DNA from: Octopus vulgaris
Taxonomy: Eukaryota
Assembly (NCBI GenBank): GCA_951406725.2
Contig: OX597817.1
Span: forward strand, 1,488,001 to 1,552,000
Direction of reading: 5' to 3'
DNA length: 64,000 nt
Part shown: positions 24,655-38,964 of the stretch, one piece after another
Position numbering within the stretch: the first letter of the stretch is position 1
Layout of the letters: each line of letters begins with the position of its first letter
Translations under genes and position numbers: made by a program
Notes under the pieces: generated by a model
What the model saw: only the letters and a program-made list of their open reading frames with translations
What the model was told of the DNA's origin: nothing
Database searches by the model: none

Positions 24655-25052
24655 GTTCACACGACGGGCAAAATGCGTAGTGGCATTTCTTCCATCTTTA
24701 CTTTCTGAGTTCAAATTCCACAAGGTCGATTTGGCTTTCATCCTTGCGGGGTCGATAAATTAAGAACTAGTTGCACACTGGAGTCGATGTAATCGACTGG
24801 TCCCCTCCTCTAAAATTTCAGGCCTTGTGCTTATAGTAGAAAGTATTATTATTATTATTACTATTATTATTACTATTATTAAGGCGGCATGCTGGGCAAA
24901 ATGCTTTGCGGCATTTCGTCCATCTTTACGTTCTAAGTTCAAATTCATCCTTTCCGGGATCGATAAATTAAGTACCAGTGAAACACTTGGGTCGATGAAA
25001 TCAACTATCTCCCTCCCCAAAATTTCAGGCCTTTTGTTTTTAGCAGAAAGGA
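24655..25052 (+). mobile_element. Two SINE family C copies with (ATT)n tails
   Basis: TTCT(G/A)AGTTCAAATTC...CATCCTT...GTCGATAAATTAAG in both copies. Confidence 0.8.
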
Positions 25053-25091
25053 TTATTATCATTATTATTATTGTTGTTGTTGTTGTTGTTG

Positions 25092-25162
<71 letters not shown>

Positions 25163-27106
25163 TCGTACCGATTCACCTTTTGCACCTTGTTTCCTAATTT
25201 ACTGATATGTAGACTGATGACTTGATGAGTTATCCAGAAATCCTGCAGAAAATGCCGAAGTAAGATTGACATTTAATCCCATCCGATGAACCGAAACTGA
25301 TATCAATTGGACCGCTTCATCAGTCTAAGTCTTACCTAATACTAAAATCTTCAAATAAATAAATAAATAAATAAGCGTTAGTTATAATATCTATTACAAT
25401 TGATGTTAACATTTCCTAAAATAACATCAATGTTTTCATAGAAGGGGTAGAAAAATATAAAGACGAAGATTTATAATTAGAAAAAATGTTACGATAGATT
25501 TGAAGTTATTATCAAAGATTATATAAATAAATAAATAATGGAACTAATATTTCATGAAGGTGTTGTTGTTGCTGCTGTTGTTTTATGGTATTTGGCCTCA
25601 GATGAACTCTGACCGAGCAGACATATAATGAAAGGTATATAGGACTAATTTATTTAATGTGACCTCCGTGTCTTTTCTTTTTAAGACAATAAGGTATATT
25701 CTGAGAAATATCTGGCTTCTTTTTCTAGCAACTAGATCATTCGCGGAAGCGCCACTTCGTTTGCTCGTATGAAGAGCATTTTCCCTCTAATACAAGGTGC
25801 TGTGACTGCGCAATACTTTCTGTTATATATTGGTACAAAGGTGACAAGAGTGTAGGAGAATGGTTTGTCGATTGATGCATTTTTGAAAATTACTGGTACG
25901 TTTTCTGTCCGAGGCATAAAAGGCAAAGTCAATCCAATGATATTCGAACGCATATCGTAAAGGAATGCAATTAAACTGTGTAAAGCATTTTTTCCACTAC
26001 ATTTTCAATTCTCTCAACTAACTTTTTAGAACTATTCGCAGGAGGACCCTCAAGAAATTATGGGATGGACATACAATATTTCAAATACGTCTATCCTTGA
26101 CAGGTCTTTATTTCAATAACCAATCATAAAATGAAAACTAAATCTGACCACAGCCAGATTTGAACACAGTCACAAATTGTAGTCATGCAATTCACTATTC
26201 AAATGATTATATACTGAATGTATATTTTTGTCATTACATGGAATATTTAAAGAAGTTCATTAAAAGCTTTGTAGTAGGGAACAGTCATTTAAAGCGGCTC
26301 TAGTTCTTAGCTTGTAATTATTTTAACAACTTCTAAAGGATTAAATTTATTCCCGACAGGATTGTAATTCAGAACATAAAAGTATGTAATTAATATATAA
26401 TAATTCCTGGTTTAATACGAAAGAAAACAGCAACAAAAATTCTGTTTAGAAGTTTGATTAAAGGATTAGTTCATCAAATAACAAACAAAATGTTATTCTA
26501 TTTTTAGGTAGTACTATTTTTAAAAAAATTCTTTTAATATTTTATTAATTGTAGCAATTTTGTTTTATACTCTCTCTAAGAAATTTCAAGCCAATATTTC
26601 TATTTTGTTTAAAATGTAAATTAAAGTTTAAAATTTTGCATTAAGAAGTGACAACCATAGGTAGTGCTATACGATATGTAATCTCCAGCTAAGATTACCT
26701 CTCGACACAGTTTCATCATGGGGTTGAAACCGTATCACATTCAAGTTTACCAGAAGGGGCTATAAGTAGTTGATTCCAAAACTTTTCATGACTATGTATA
26801 TATTATTCTTTTGTTTCGGTTCGTGGGCTTCGGCCATGCTGTGGCATATATATATACGATGACGCTGTAGGATGTTACCCAGGTTCTCAACTGTGAGTCC
26901 ACCACATCTTATAACAGAAACAGCTGTAAGATAATGACGTTCATAACATTAGCTTTGCTTTCTCTGCTGTCATCTCTTTGTTCTTATTACCATTCTACAC
27001 TCATCAAGCATTGCGTTCTGGGCCATATGGGAATGGAGTTCTAGACTAGGTTATTGGTCTCGCTATGCCTAAGCGATATATTAATGTGTGTGTGTGTGTG
27101 TATACG

Positions 27107-27138
<32 letters not shown>

Positions 27139-27172
27139 TGTATGTATCTATCTATCTATCTATCTATCTCTC

Positions 27173-27212
<40 letters not shown>

Positions 27213-27229
27213 TGTGTGTATGTGTGTGT

Positions 27230-27538
27230 GGAGGCGCAATGGCCCAGTGGTTAGGGCAGTGGACTCGTGGTCATAGGATTGCAGTTTCGATTTCTAGACC
27301 GGGCGTTGTGAGTGTTTATTGAGCGAAAACACTTAAAGCTCCACGAGGCTCCGGCAGGAGTGGTGGCGATCCCTGCTGTACTCTTTCGCCGCAACTTTCT
27401 CTCACTCTTTCTTCTGTCGGCCTGCTCGCTTAGCCAGCGGGGTGGCGTTATTTGAAGGCGAAAACAATGATATGCGCATTGTGACCAGCGATGTGTAACA
27501 ACATCTCATAGCCTGCTCGGTCACGGTGATCACGGTGA
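27230..27538 (+). mobile_element. tRNA-derived SINE (family D), standard tail
   Basis: GGAGGCGCAATGGCCCAGTGGTTAGGGCAG head, B-box GTTTCGATT, ends in (CACGGTGA)x2. Confidence 0.85.
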
Positions 27539-27892
27539 AATATATATGTGTATATATATATATTCAATAAGTAACAAGAATGTCAAGGTATTAGTGCATA
27601 TATATATATATTTCTATGGACGTTACTTTTACCGAGGGCTGAGTTGATATCTCCTGGATTCATTAATCACTATTACCTGTTATATATATATATATATATA
27701 TGATAAGATTCGGTTTAATTAGGTACCTAAATTGAGGCCCCTTGTTAGGTCGATCGTATTTCCACGCCCAAACAATATCAGGTGAATATCAAACTCTGAG
27801 CAAGAAGAGTCAGCACTAAATATTCTTGCAATGCATGCAAATATCACGACCCAACTTAGTGAAGAGATCCGCTCCGGGTTTTTCAGACATGT

Positions 27893-28252
27893 ACTCTTTC
27901 TTTCTTTTTTTTCTTCTTTTTCTTTGTTTCACTCAATTCACTGCGGCCTTTAGTCGAACAAATCGACCCCACCACTTATTCTTTGTAAGCCTAGTACTTA
28001 TTCTATCGGTCTCTTTCCCGAACCGCTAAGTTACGGGGACGTAAACACACCAGCATCGGTTGTCAAGCGATGTTGGGGGGGGGGGGGCAATAAACACACA
28101 CACACACACACATATACATATATATATATATACGACAGGCTTCTTTTAGTTTCCCGTCTACCAAATCCACTCAGAAGGCTTTGGTCGGTCCGAGGCTATA
28201 GTAGAAGACACTTGCCCAAGGTGCCACGCAGTGGGACTGAACCTGGAACCAT
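27893..28252 (-). mobile_element. SINE family A, 5'-truncated
   Basis: Matches 9904-10309. Confidence 0.85.
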
Positions 28253-28349
28253 TTATATAAACATACAAAAATACTTTCTATAAAATTCCTGAAGTGCAGA
28301 TTCCGGGGTAGGTGAATAAAATGTAAATGAGTAACGAAGATGTACAGGT

Positions 28350-28671
28350 GTCAATTCATTGCGGCCGTTTCAAGCGACTCCTTTAATGGGTTAATGAAAA
28401 CATTACATCGTTGCAAAAAAAAAACTGTTTTCGTCTGATGACTGCATAGACTTCACACACAAAGGACAAACCAACTGCTTTAACATATTCGTACCACCAA
28501 CAGAGCTCAAATACTTACATTGATTCTGCTGTTATATGTTAAAGCAGTTTGTTTGTCCTTTGTGTGTGAAGTCTATGCAGTCATCTGACGAAGACTGTTT
28601 CCTTGCAATGTAATGTCTTCATTAATCAATTAAATTAAAGCAGTCGCTTGAAACGGCCGTGATAAATTGAC
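28350..28671. repeat. Inverted repeat (arms 28350-28488 and 28534-28671) with a decayed HHR in each arm
   Basis: Right arm TCAT-CTGACGA...GAAA-C-GGCC-G-TG-ATAA. Left arm (reverse complement) TCAT-CAGACGA...GAAA-C-GGCC-G-CA-ATGA. Confidence 0.75.
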
Positions 28672-28810
28672 TTGAAATTTGAGCAGCTTTCTACTTCGAC
28701 ATCTAATTTTTCAAAGCAGTAATCCTATTGAATAGCAAGTTTCAACCAGGTTAATTAGAACCTACATATTAGCCATCACAGTCACGCCCTGCCATGCACT
28801 CACAAACTTA

Positions 28811-28841
<31 letters not shown>

Positions 28842-30243
28842 TCATACACACACTCACACACACTCACACGCAGTGTCTGTGTGTGTTTTGAAAGGTATGG
28901 AATTCATTCTTCATATTTCCGTTTTCTGTAAAATTTGAGGTCATTGCAACCAAGCCGAGTAGCAAGTCAATGTTTACGTCATTGGACAAGTACGAAAGTA
29001 GGTCATCTGATTAACGTCTTTCTTGCAATTAATTCAATTCCTTTTGCTTTTGTTGTTGCAGAATATAAATTCTAAAGACAACCCTTTGTCGATCTGTATC
29101 CTTCACTGGAGTCCAATCAATTAGCCATAACCTTCTTTCAAGTTTTGTCTTGAGGTTTTCTTAAATGAGACCACTAATTATATTTGATGTGTTGCCTTTC
29201 AGTTTGGAACCGAGGCGTGTAATGGAATATTCCAAGACTGTCTTTTAAAAAAACATCAACTAAGTTTTATAGTTTCAGTTGCTGGTTTGAAATATTGTAC
29301 CATAAATTTTGTACGTAAAGAAAGTATTGCACATTCTATTATTCATTTAGTTATTTGCTTGGCCGTGCCTGATAATAACCATTAACGAGTGTTCAGACTT
29401 GCGAATATTTTCTTCAAAAGCCCGGTCGGTACCCGTTGCCGAGTATGAAATGTAAAGGGTATTGCAAGCTGAAATGTAATCTCTAACATGGGCTTATATA
29501 GTACGAGCTAGACAAACTGCTTGCGTGATGTTATACCACCACACATACACACATCTAAATGTTATGTACACCACTGTTTTCTTAATTTTGTTCATATTGC
29601 ATGAGGTTTTCTATGTTTATTTGGAATCATTCAGTTACCAAATTCATTGTAAACTTTGTGGATCTTGATAAGTCTCATCCACTGGGCGTGTGTTGTTGTT
29701 AGGTGGCCTATAAAATATATTAGTCACAAACAAAATTAGACACGAAAAGGATAACGTATAAGTCTAATCGATTACAAATTCAATATCCGGCGGCAATGTC
29801 TACACAAATTACATTTGTTCAGCCCAATATACAAAAGCGGTGTAAGCAACCAAATTATTTAATCCGGAAGATGAGACTTAGTAAGCCTAGGAAGACATAA
29901 GTTAGATTTGTGTCCATCACTATTCTAAGCGATGTGCAAAGTATACAACTTATACGAAAATATGTAAAGAGAACATTGATAAAAAAGACAAAGTAAGAAC
30001 AGTCTTGGTTTTTAAGACTAAGAAAACATCTCTTATACATGCATAAATACATACATACATGCATACATACATACATACATACATATATAATACATACATA
30101 CATACAAACATACACACCTATGCGTATACACCTCTTAGTTTCGTGTGTACATAATCAGGTATATGCGTGTGAATATGTATATAAATGCATATATGTGCAT
30201 GCGTTTATATATATATATATATATATATGTGTGTATGTAACCC

Positions 30244-30582
<339 letters not shown>

Positions 30583-31699
30583 GTGTGTATGTATATGTAT
30601 ATGTATGTATATATATATATATATATGTATATATATGTATGTATATACGTGTGTATGCATATGTATGTATATATATATATGTATATATATATACTGTATG
30701 TATATATATGTATATATAAATATATATATATATACGCATATACTCACACACACACACACTAACACCCTGTACGTGCGTGTGTATGTTTATATGTGTGTGC
30801 ATATGTGTCTTCCTTGTGTGTGCCAGTTTTCATAAGTAAGTATACGTACGTGTGTTACTATTTCGTTCAACTGCCCCATGAGACGATCATGTCACTGCAT
30901 AAGTCCTCCTGCTTTTATTGTCTAATATTGACAAGACGGGGCTCTTTGTACCTGTCACAGCGTACCATGTGAACAGTGCCATCAAATCAGCGTGATTCCT
31001 TTTCCCACTTGGATACATACGTTGACCTTTGTATGTGTTGACTTTTGTATTATGACCTTGACTTACTGTTGACGGAATTTGCCTGTTCGAAGAAAGAGTC
31101 CGGACGTATACAGTGACGTGTGGAGATAAAATAATCATTTCTCTCACAGAGTTATACATATACATGCAGACACATACATATACATATACTCACGTGCATA
31201 AAAACGTACACTTAATGCGCACTCGCACACATTTTGTATATACATGCATAAATTGAGGTAAGTCTGTAATCTCTTATAGACAAAGTGTTGAATAACTCAA
31301 TAATATACCAGTAGCAAAAAAAAAAAAAAGATATAGGTAATGGTAGATGACTATTTTCTGCCTCTTTAGGCTTCGTCAGTAGCAAGTGCTGCAAGGCAAT
31401 CGACCGCATGCGGAGACAAAAACCATCGTCATTCATACAGGAAAAGCTGTGACTAAAATATCCCTGATGTTATAGTTATCCGGCTGGCTGATTAAAAATT
31501 CGTTATATGAAAAAGCCGCAGTTTTTAATTTAGAATAGCAACCTGTGTGTCCTAAATGTAAATACATGGCGGAGAAGCCTGATTAACCGCGGTATTCGTC
31601 TTGAAATAATATACTATGCAGTGGTAAAGAACACTGTCACGTGTGTGTTTATGCACACACATACATATATATATATATATACATATATATATGTGTGTG

Positions 31700-31910
31700 T
31701 TTGTTCTCCAGCACCGCTTGACAACCTGTGATGGTGTGTATTCCGTTCCCGTAACTTATGGTTCGGCAAAAAAGACCGATAGAATAAGTACCAAGCTTAA
31801 AGAAAAACAAAAAGAAAACATTAGCATTGGGATCGATTCATTCGAGTAAAAATACTTCAATACTGTGCTCCAGCATAGCCACAGTCTAGTGGCTGAAACA
31901 AGTAAGAGAA
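31700..31910 (+). mobile_element. SINE family A, 3' half
   Basis: CGCTTGACAAC...CCGATAGAATAAGTAC...CTGAAACAAGTAAG. Confidence 0.75.
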
Positions 31911-32959
31911 AATATATATAGCGTCTATAAAAGCTATATTTATAAGTTAAAAAATTACAGAAGAATTTGTTAGTAGGCAGTTTAGCTTGAAAGTAAAGCA
32001 CTATGGCCGGTAATCACAAGGATATGAGTTCAAGTCCCATGGCTGGCTGCTAACAAATTTTTCTGCAATATAAAGATGTTCTATGCTATTTATCATTATT
32101 ATTATGCGTTTGGGAGTAAACTATTTCCATATCTGTATATTTCAATACATCTCAACACTTCCAAAATAGCAAACTTTGTTTACATACATCGTAAAAGAAA
32201 AAGGTATTTGTGAATACCTATAAAAATAACTTTCGTTTCTATTATATATTAGATATTTCTATCATTCGACCAGACGAAAGTTTAGTAATAAGATGGTATT
32301 TCAGTGAGTAGATGTTATATGTTCATTGTTTGGAGTAATTATTACAAATTAGTGTTCTTTAATTATCTATAATAATCTTAGGAATATTTCCGGTTCTGTT
32401 TGATTATTTGTTCTGTTAATTAGCTCGTTGTATATATTAGCTCTGGCGTAGGTTGATTTTTTTCACATCTCTTGTTCTACGTCACTGTTCTGTGATTTGG
32501 TAAATTATGAACCCGATACGACGCAATCATGGCATAAGTTTTCATACCTTCTGTTATTTAGTAATCAATTGCCTGACAAATTTAACATATCTGCTGTAGT
32601 CAGACATTAAAGATTTGATTTATGTATTCGTGGAATCAAATCAGTCTTTAGTTCTTCCAGTTATTGTTACTGATGCCACCACACAGATGGTCGACTCTGG
32701 CTGCTGGAACTGAAACTAAAACGACACTGTTGGAAGCCAGTACTAGTTAGCTCTTGAAGAAATTATTTTTTCTGTTGTATGTTATGTTGATAACTTCATT
32801 TCGATCAATGGCTTTCGATCTTATATCTTGCGACTTAAATTGTTGTCTTTCCGCTGATTAGTATTCAAGAAGAAGATACGTGCTTACTGGCAGAAACGTT
32901 AAAAAAAAGTAAAACAAAGGAAGATTAAAAGGCTTTTTGACTGGTTTCCAGTGATAATT

Positions 32960-33115
32960 TCTTCTGGCCCTTTACGTTCTGTGTTCGAATTCCATCGAGG
33001 TCAAATTTACCTTTCATCCTTTCGGGGTTGATAAAATAATTACCGGTTGAGCAATAGAATCGATGTAATCGACTAATACCCTTCCTCTAAAATTGCTGGT
33101 CCTGTACCAAAATGT
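32960..33115 (+). mobile_element. SINE family C fragment
   Basis: TTTACGTTCTG...CCTTTCATCCTTTCGGGG. Confidence 0.7.
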
Positions 33116-33461
33116 GGCCTCATGATTATATCAGAACTCACGCATATACAATATCACCAGCTACACCAATTAAACATATCAATAACCTTTATCCCCAAAC
33201 CGAAATACAACTCCACCATACCCAATAACCAATCACCATAAACCCATACCCATAAACCAGTCACATCTCTGTAGCCTCACGCTTTTCTTTTCATCTCTGA
33301 AATAATTATTATTCGTAACGGTTTATTTCAAAATTTTGATAACAACTTCCGGTGCTTTGATTCAAATAAGTAGATAACTTTTAGACCGCGAAAGCAAAAT
33401 GCAAAATGAGTCAGGCCACTTTCCCATTCGGTAGACACAAAAAAAATGGAGAAAATAATGG

Positions 33462-33665
33462 TTTCATATTTTGGCACAAAGCCAGCAATTTCGGGAAAGG
33501 GTTAAGTTGATTACACCGACATCAATTTTTAACTGGTATTTATTTTATCGACCTCTTGGGGACGAAAGACAAAGTCAACCTCGGCGGAATTTGAACCCAG
33601 AACGTAAAGCCGGAGGATATTCCACGAAGCATTCTATTCAGAGTGCTAACAACTCTGCTGATTCC
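33462..33665 (-). mobile_element. SINE family C
   Basis: CAAAGTCAACCTCGGCGGAATTTGAACCCAGAACGTAAAG. Confidence 0.7.
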
Positions 33666-34849
33666 TAATATTTTAGATGCTCATCTATAAACAGTTTCTC
33701 AAAACCTATGCCGTCTCAACCAGCTGGATTTGAGCCAGTGAGGTGGCCTCTCCGGGGTCTTATATTCGTTTGGACATTGTGAAGTATTTTTAGGTTGTTT
33801 CTATACTTTCTGAGTCTTCCATTTGTGATTTATCACATGACGTGTGTAGAGTAAGAAGACGTTGTTATAAAGACGAGCCATCTCGGCTGGAACAATGGCG
33901 TGTTCTAATGTTGAACCGTTTGCGAAATAAAAAGGCGTGGTCAGAAAAAGTTATTAACTGTTCCTAGAAACCACGTGAGAAAACCCAATCACATTCTGAA
34001 CCAGTCAGTGGAGAGTGGAGAATATTTTCTTTTTCTATTTTATTTATATTCGGTGAGTTATATAGTAATGGTGATTCACTTTTAAAAAAAAGAAAAATAG
34101 TGCAAATACAAAGCAAATACATAACAAAATTCCTTTAATCAATGTAACTCCCTTTTGAGAAAAGATTGCAGAAGCATTCAAACCGTCAGGTTATTTTGAG
34201 TTGCTAATACACAAGAAATTTGTAAGCTGCTTGAGATAAGAAACAAGATACTCTTCAAGTTGTTGTTAGCATAGTACATGAACAATCAGAAGGTAAGTTT
34301 AATTTTTCCTGGCAAAATGTGAATGACAATTTATTTTCATTAATATATCGGATGGCAAATGATCGCTTGCTGAACATATTGCGGTAGTTTAGTTTTTCAA
34401 GTAACTGCTCTGGGTCGTATTATAAATAACTGAGACCCCTGACAAGACAATGTACTCGAACCTAATACATTTAAATAAAGAGTTCCGAATATCAGATATA
34501 TGTGGCATTTCAGTGTAGGAAATTGCTTTATAATATAATATAAAAGGCCTTCACATTTTCTGTTTTGTCCCATAAAAACAATTGTTTGTGAGTTTCATCC
34601 TGAAAAATGAACGCTTCCTGTTTTAGTTGGTCGCCATCATGCACACAATTATTCTGAGGAAGATTTCAATTTTGGGAAACATAAATTTCAACTTATCTCA
34701 AATGTGTTTACTTTAGATGTCTCGAAGGGTCTTTCAGTCATCATTGTGAACAATGTAGCGCTTGAACTGTTTACTTTCCTTAATTCATTGTAATGAATTC
34801 AGCCAATTTTCTTCAACTTTGGTAAAACTCGTTGCAGTTGTTGTTAAGT

Positions 34850-35720
34850 CCTCGAGCCAAAATAGGCTTTCAGTATTTTCGCAGACTTCAATACATATAA
34901 TCGGATCAGAGTTCTGAGAGTTCGGAATCATAATGCATGTTCACAGATGGAATATTTAATTTTCAGTAAGTTATATCTATTCTTCATGATCATAGGTTAA
35001 ATACTTGTCTGTGATTTATCTCCTACACATTACAAATGACAAGAGTTCAAAGAGTTGTTAAATTGATTCCACATTCAGAATCCAATGATCTGCTGCATTA
35101 CTGGTATCTTTTCTGCCCTATAGTGCTAGATCAGTTAGAGCATGAGGATAATTCAGATTAACATTATCGATGTTGATCCATGTATTTCCTATACTTGTCC
35201 AGTAAACATTGAATGGAGAATCAGATGTAAAATTGGAGGTGTAATTTTTTTTTCTTATAACAAATATTAGATTCATCTCTGAAGCAAAGATTCAAAATTA
35301 TAATTTACAAAAATTAGGAATTTATGTCTTGAAAACACCTTACGACAATGAGAAAAACGAGGAATAATAAGGAAATTAATCAACCATTATAAAACGATCA
35401 GGAGAAAATTGCCACTCTTATACTCTCATATGCTTTGGTATTATCATATTTGAACTATAATAAATATCAATTCGTCGGAAATGCGTTTTCTTGGTCATAA
35501 AGTTAATGTTTAATTTTTTTCTAGAATACCAAGCAAGTTTACGTATGATAATGTGCTTGTCATGCTATCCACAAATCCCGAATGCTGTTTCTTTCTCGTA
35601 ACATGTCAACTGTATATTCCAAGCGGTTTCAGAGTTTATTTCACCTGAAAAAACATTTGAATATTTGCATTAGGCCTACCTGTGTTGTAGTGTAAGTCAG
35701 TGTAGATGCAAAAACACGTA
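34850..35720 (-). pseudogene. Possible, heavily decayed Zator-like DDE transposase
   Basis: Scattered peptides (DLHYNTGRP; KLNINFMTKKTHFRR; FTGQV; AADHW) appear in the order I recall for DGGPDH-type transposases. Weak similarity. Confidence 0.3.
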
Positions 35721-36221
35721 TTCAAAATCACTAAGAAATGCTGTAGTATTGCATTGCTGCTGGCTCTTTCAGTGACGAACATCAAGGACTTGCGATGGTA
35801 TCTCAGGCCAGAGATCAATTAAACGCAATATAGCTCACATCTAACAAGGAAACCCCGGTTTTAAATTAATGCCTCTGATATTTAATAACTGGCTTCAAGA
35901 CTGTGATCGACCATCAGCTTGCAAGAAATTGCAGCCAAATACTGCCTTATCGTTTTCAAAATCGTTAAATATTCGGGAGAAATTTATATCCGATACCATA
36001 GAATACACCAAGAAATAATATAGTGTGGATAAGACTAGAATGTTGATCGGAGAATGAAATAACACCAGTAAAATAATTAACATCTCTAAAATGCATTTAT
36101 GATTCTTTTTGTTTCCTTGCAAAGACCGTCTGGTCTCTGAAATTAATATCATGACATTTACGCCGGTACCACTGGCACCATCGGCACTAGCAGTAACAAC
36201 AACAGCAACAGCAGCAACAGT

Positions 36222-36777
36222 GGAGGCGCAATGGCCCAGTGGTTAGGGCAGCAGACTCACGGTCGTAAGAACGCCGTTTCGGTTCCCAGACCGAGCTTTG
36301 TGAGTGTTTATTGAGCAAAAATACCTAGGCTCCACGAGGCTCCGGCGGGGTGAACCCCGCTGTACTCTTTCACCACAACTTTCTCTCACTCTTTCTTCCT
36401 ACTTCTGCCACAAAGCAGAGAAACCATGGTGTAACCCACTATGGTGTGGTAAACTTTCAGACCCTAGTCTAGATTGCGAATCCTCTATACCCCAGGATGG
36501 TTCATCTCACCACCCGTGAAAAGCCACCATTTACGGAATGAGGATAACAACGTAGCTTTCGCGCTCGTGCAACCGCCAGTATATCGCGTGTGGTGGGAGG
36601 ATCTTCAAGTTGCCACATGTATTCTTGGTGGCTTAGAGTAGGCGCGAATTAGAGATTATTCTTTTTGGATAATGGCGGGAGTTTTGATTGGAAGAAGAAG
36701 AAGAAGAAGAAGAAGAAGAAGAAGAAGAAGAAGAAGAAGAAGAAGAATGATGAAGAAGAAGAAGAAGAAGAAGAAGA
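36222..36777 (+). mobile_element. SINE D head with an alternative ~290-bp body and (GAA)n tail
   Basis: Head matches 27230 for about 175 bp, then diverges. Close inverted copy at 44126-44660. Confidence 0.85.
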
Positions 36778-38516
36778 CAGCAGCAACAACAGTAGTAGCA
36801 ACTACAGCAGTAGCAGCAGCATCTAACGTTCATGTGCTTCTACGTGGTCACTCGACCAGCAAGAAATAGCTGACAAAACTTCCTTCAAATCATATATTAC
36901 TGTCATATATAAGGATAGGATAAATTCAATACTATATTGACTTACACACATCTGAAAGGTGGGAAATTCACGTTTCGTATATCTTTTGTCATAAGTCTGT
37001 GCAATAAGAATTTATCTGTGGTTAAAAAACAAGAAGAAATAGAACTGATAGAAATATTAGCTTAATTTCCTTTAAATCACACCCTACCATCTTAAACGGG
37101 GAAGAAAACATTTTATACTGCAACCCGAGCTGCATTATGTCGTATTAATTAGACAACAATCTCACGATTAAATCCTATGTCTGCCATCAAAGTTCACCAA
37201 GGGCTAACAATAACAAACAATAACAACAATACGAATATAAGAACAACAACCAATACAGCGACGTATTCACTGCGACACTCAGAAATATTTCACCGTTTTC
37301 CATTGTCACTTATCGTAGCATGAACATAACCACATAACCAGCAGCAGTGCAAAGTTTTTCTTGTATCTGTCCTGCTTTCCTTTACTGTGAAATGCAGGAG
37401 CGTGTTGTATCTCATCAACATTACTGCGATGTTATCATAGATTAGATGTTTAACTATCGCTAGTTTCGTTCTCTTTAAATATATAACTGTAATGGAAAGG
37501 TCGACTTTTGTTGGAGAAATATGATGATAGATCGCTGCGACAACCGGTTGATAATATAATTAACTTTTATTTAATGTTAAGATAGAAGCAGCTGGTTAGT
37601 GTTTAAGATTGATGAAACAGATGAAAGAATTTATTCAGCTGAAATAACTTTCTTCTTGATGATGAGTATCTAGTTTGGACAAGATGACACTATTAACCTA
37701 TTACATGCTGACGTAAAAGAAGGGAAGTGTATCAGGGCAAATGTGAAGGTTGTTGAGTGAACTTAAGTCTTCAGCAAGAACTATGAGACTGAACGATGGT
37801 AAATCTCAAAGACTACTGAAGTTAGTTAAAATGGAAATTTTCGGCAATATTCTTTTGAAAATTGAACCACGATGTCGAGAATTTACATAACTCTTGAATA
37901 TTCGCTAGGAAACAGACAACGTAGTAGTAAGTCAAATTAGCATAATTGGTTATTACAAAAAAAAGAAAAAAGAAAAAGATGCGCAATACAAAGTTGTAAG
38001 TAGTAGCTATGTTGGAAAATAACTAATTGATTCTGGGTGATAGTAAGATGGCGTCTCTTTACAAATATGAACCATCATAGGATGCAGATAATAATTTATT
38101 TCGTAATGCTAAGATAATAGAAGAAGCTGAAGTGATACAATTAACTGGGGTAGTACTTAGTGTCTTCATTAAGCATTTAGAAAATGAAATGATTTTCTTT
38201 TTTTTTTTTTTTTCAATAGAACACTAATCTATAACTATGAAATTTTCAGATGTTTGTAAATGTTTACCTACAATACGTAGAAAATTTAATAGATACATGA
38301 TATCGAGTAGGAAGAATAAAGTTGCAAAATGTTCCCGATAGTCCAGTAACTCTTGTACCATCATATCTATACGGAATCTGTATTATTTTAATTCATTTGT
38401 GGAACGTTTACACGTTCACTACATATTTAGCACCTGAGGTCGTAAATCCATATATCATGGAGGCATGGGTTACGACAACGAAAGGGTAAAAGAGTAAAAC
38501 CGAAAAGGTAAGCATA

Positions 38517-38678
38517 GGCACAGGTGTAGCTGTGTGGTAAGAAGCTTGTTTCCCAGCCACTTGATTCCGAGTTCAGTTCCAGTGAGTGGCACCTTGGACA
38601 AGTATCTTTTATTATTGCCTTGAACCGACCAAAGTCTTGTGAATGGATTTGACAGACAGAACTGAAAGAAGATCGTCG

Positions 38679-38727
<49 letters not shown>

Positions 38728-38900
38728 CCCACCACTACTTGATAACTAGTTGTGGGTGTGTTTACGTTCTTGTAACTTAATGGTTTGGCTAAAGAGACAA
38801 CATAATAAGTCCTTAGCTTAAAAATAAATACCGGGGTCGATCCATTCGACTAAAAATTCTCCAATGCGGTGGCTGCAGCCTTATGACTGAAATAAGAAGA
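38517..38900 (+). mobile_element. SINE family A, diverged full length
   Basis: Head and tail align with 1516-1930. Confidence 0.8.
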
Positions 38901-38964
38901 CAAACAATAAACTGAATTGTAGCAACAAACGACAATAGAGGTAACAATAGAAGCCACGGCAGCT

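Noticed and set aside
25210-25327. 11-bp inverted repeat TAGACTGATGA with an internal CCGATGA-ACC-GAAA
   Set aside because: Stem I cannot form and stem II is absent; no convincing C/D snoRNA layout either.
27230-27305. tRNA gene candidates at SINE heads (also 1516, 36222, about 47325)
   Set aside because: A/B boxes run into SINE bodies or lack a complete cloverleaf.
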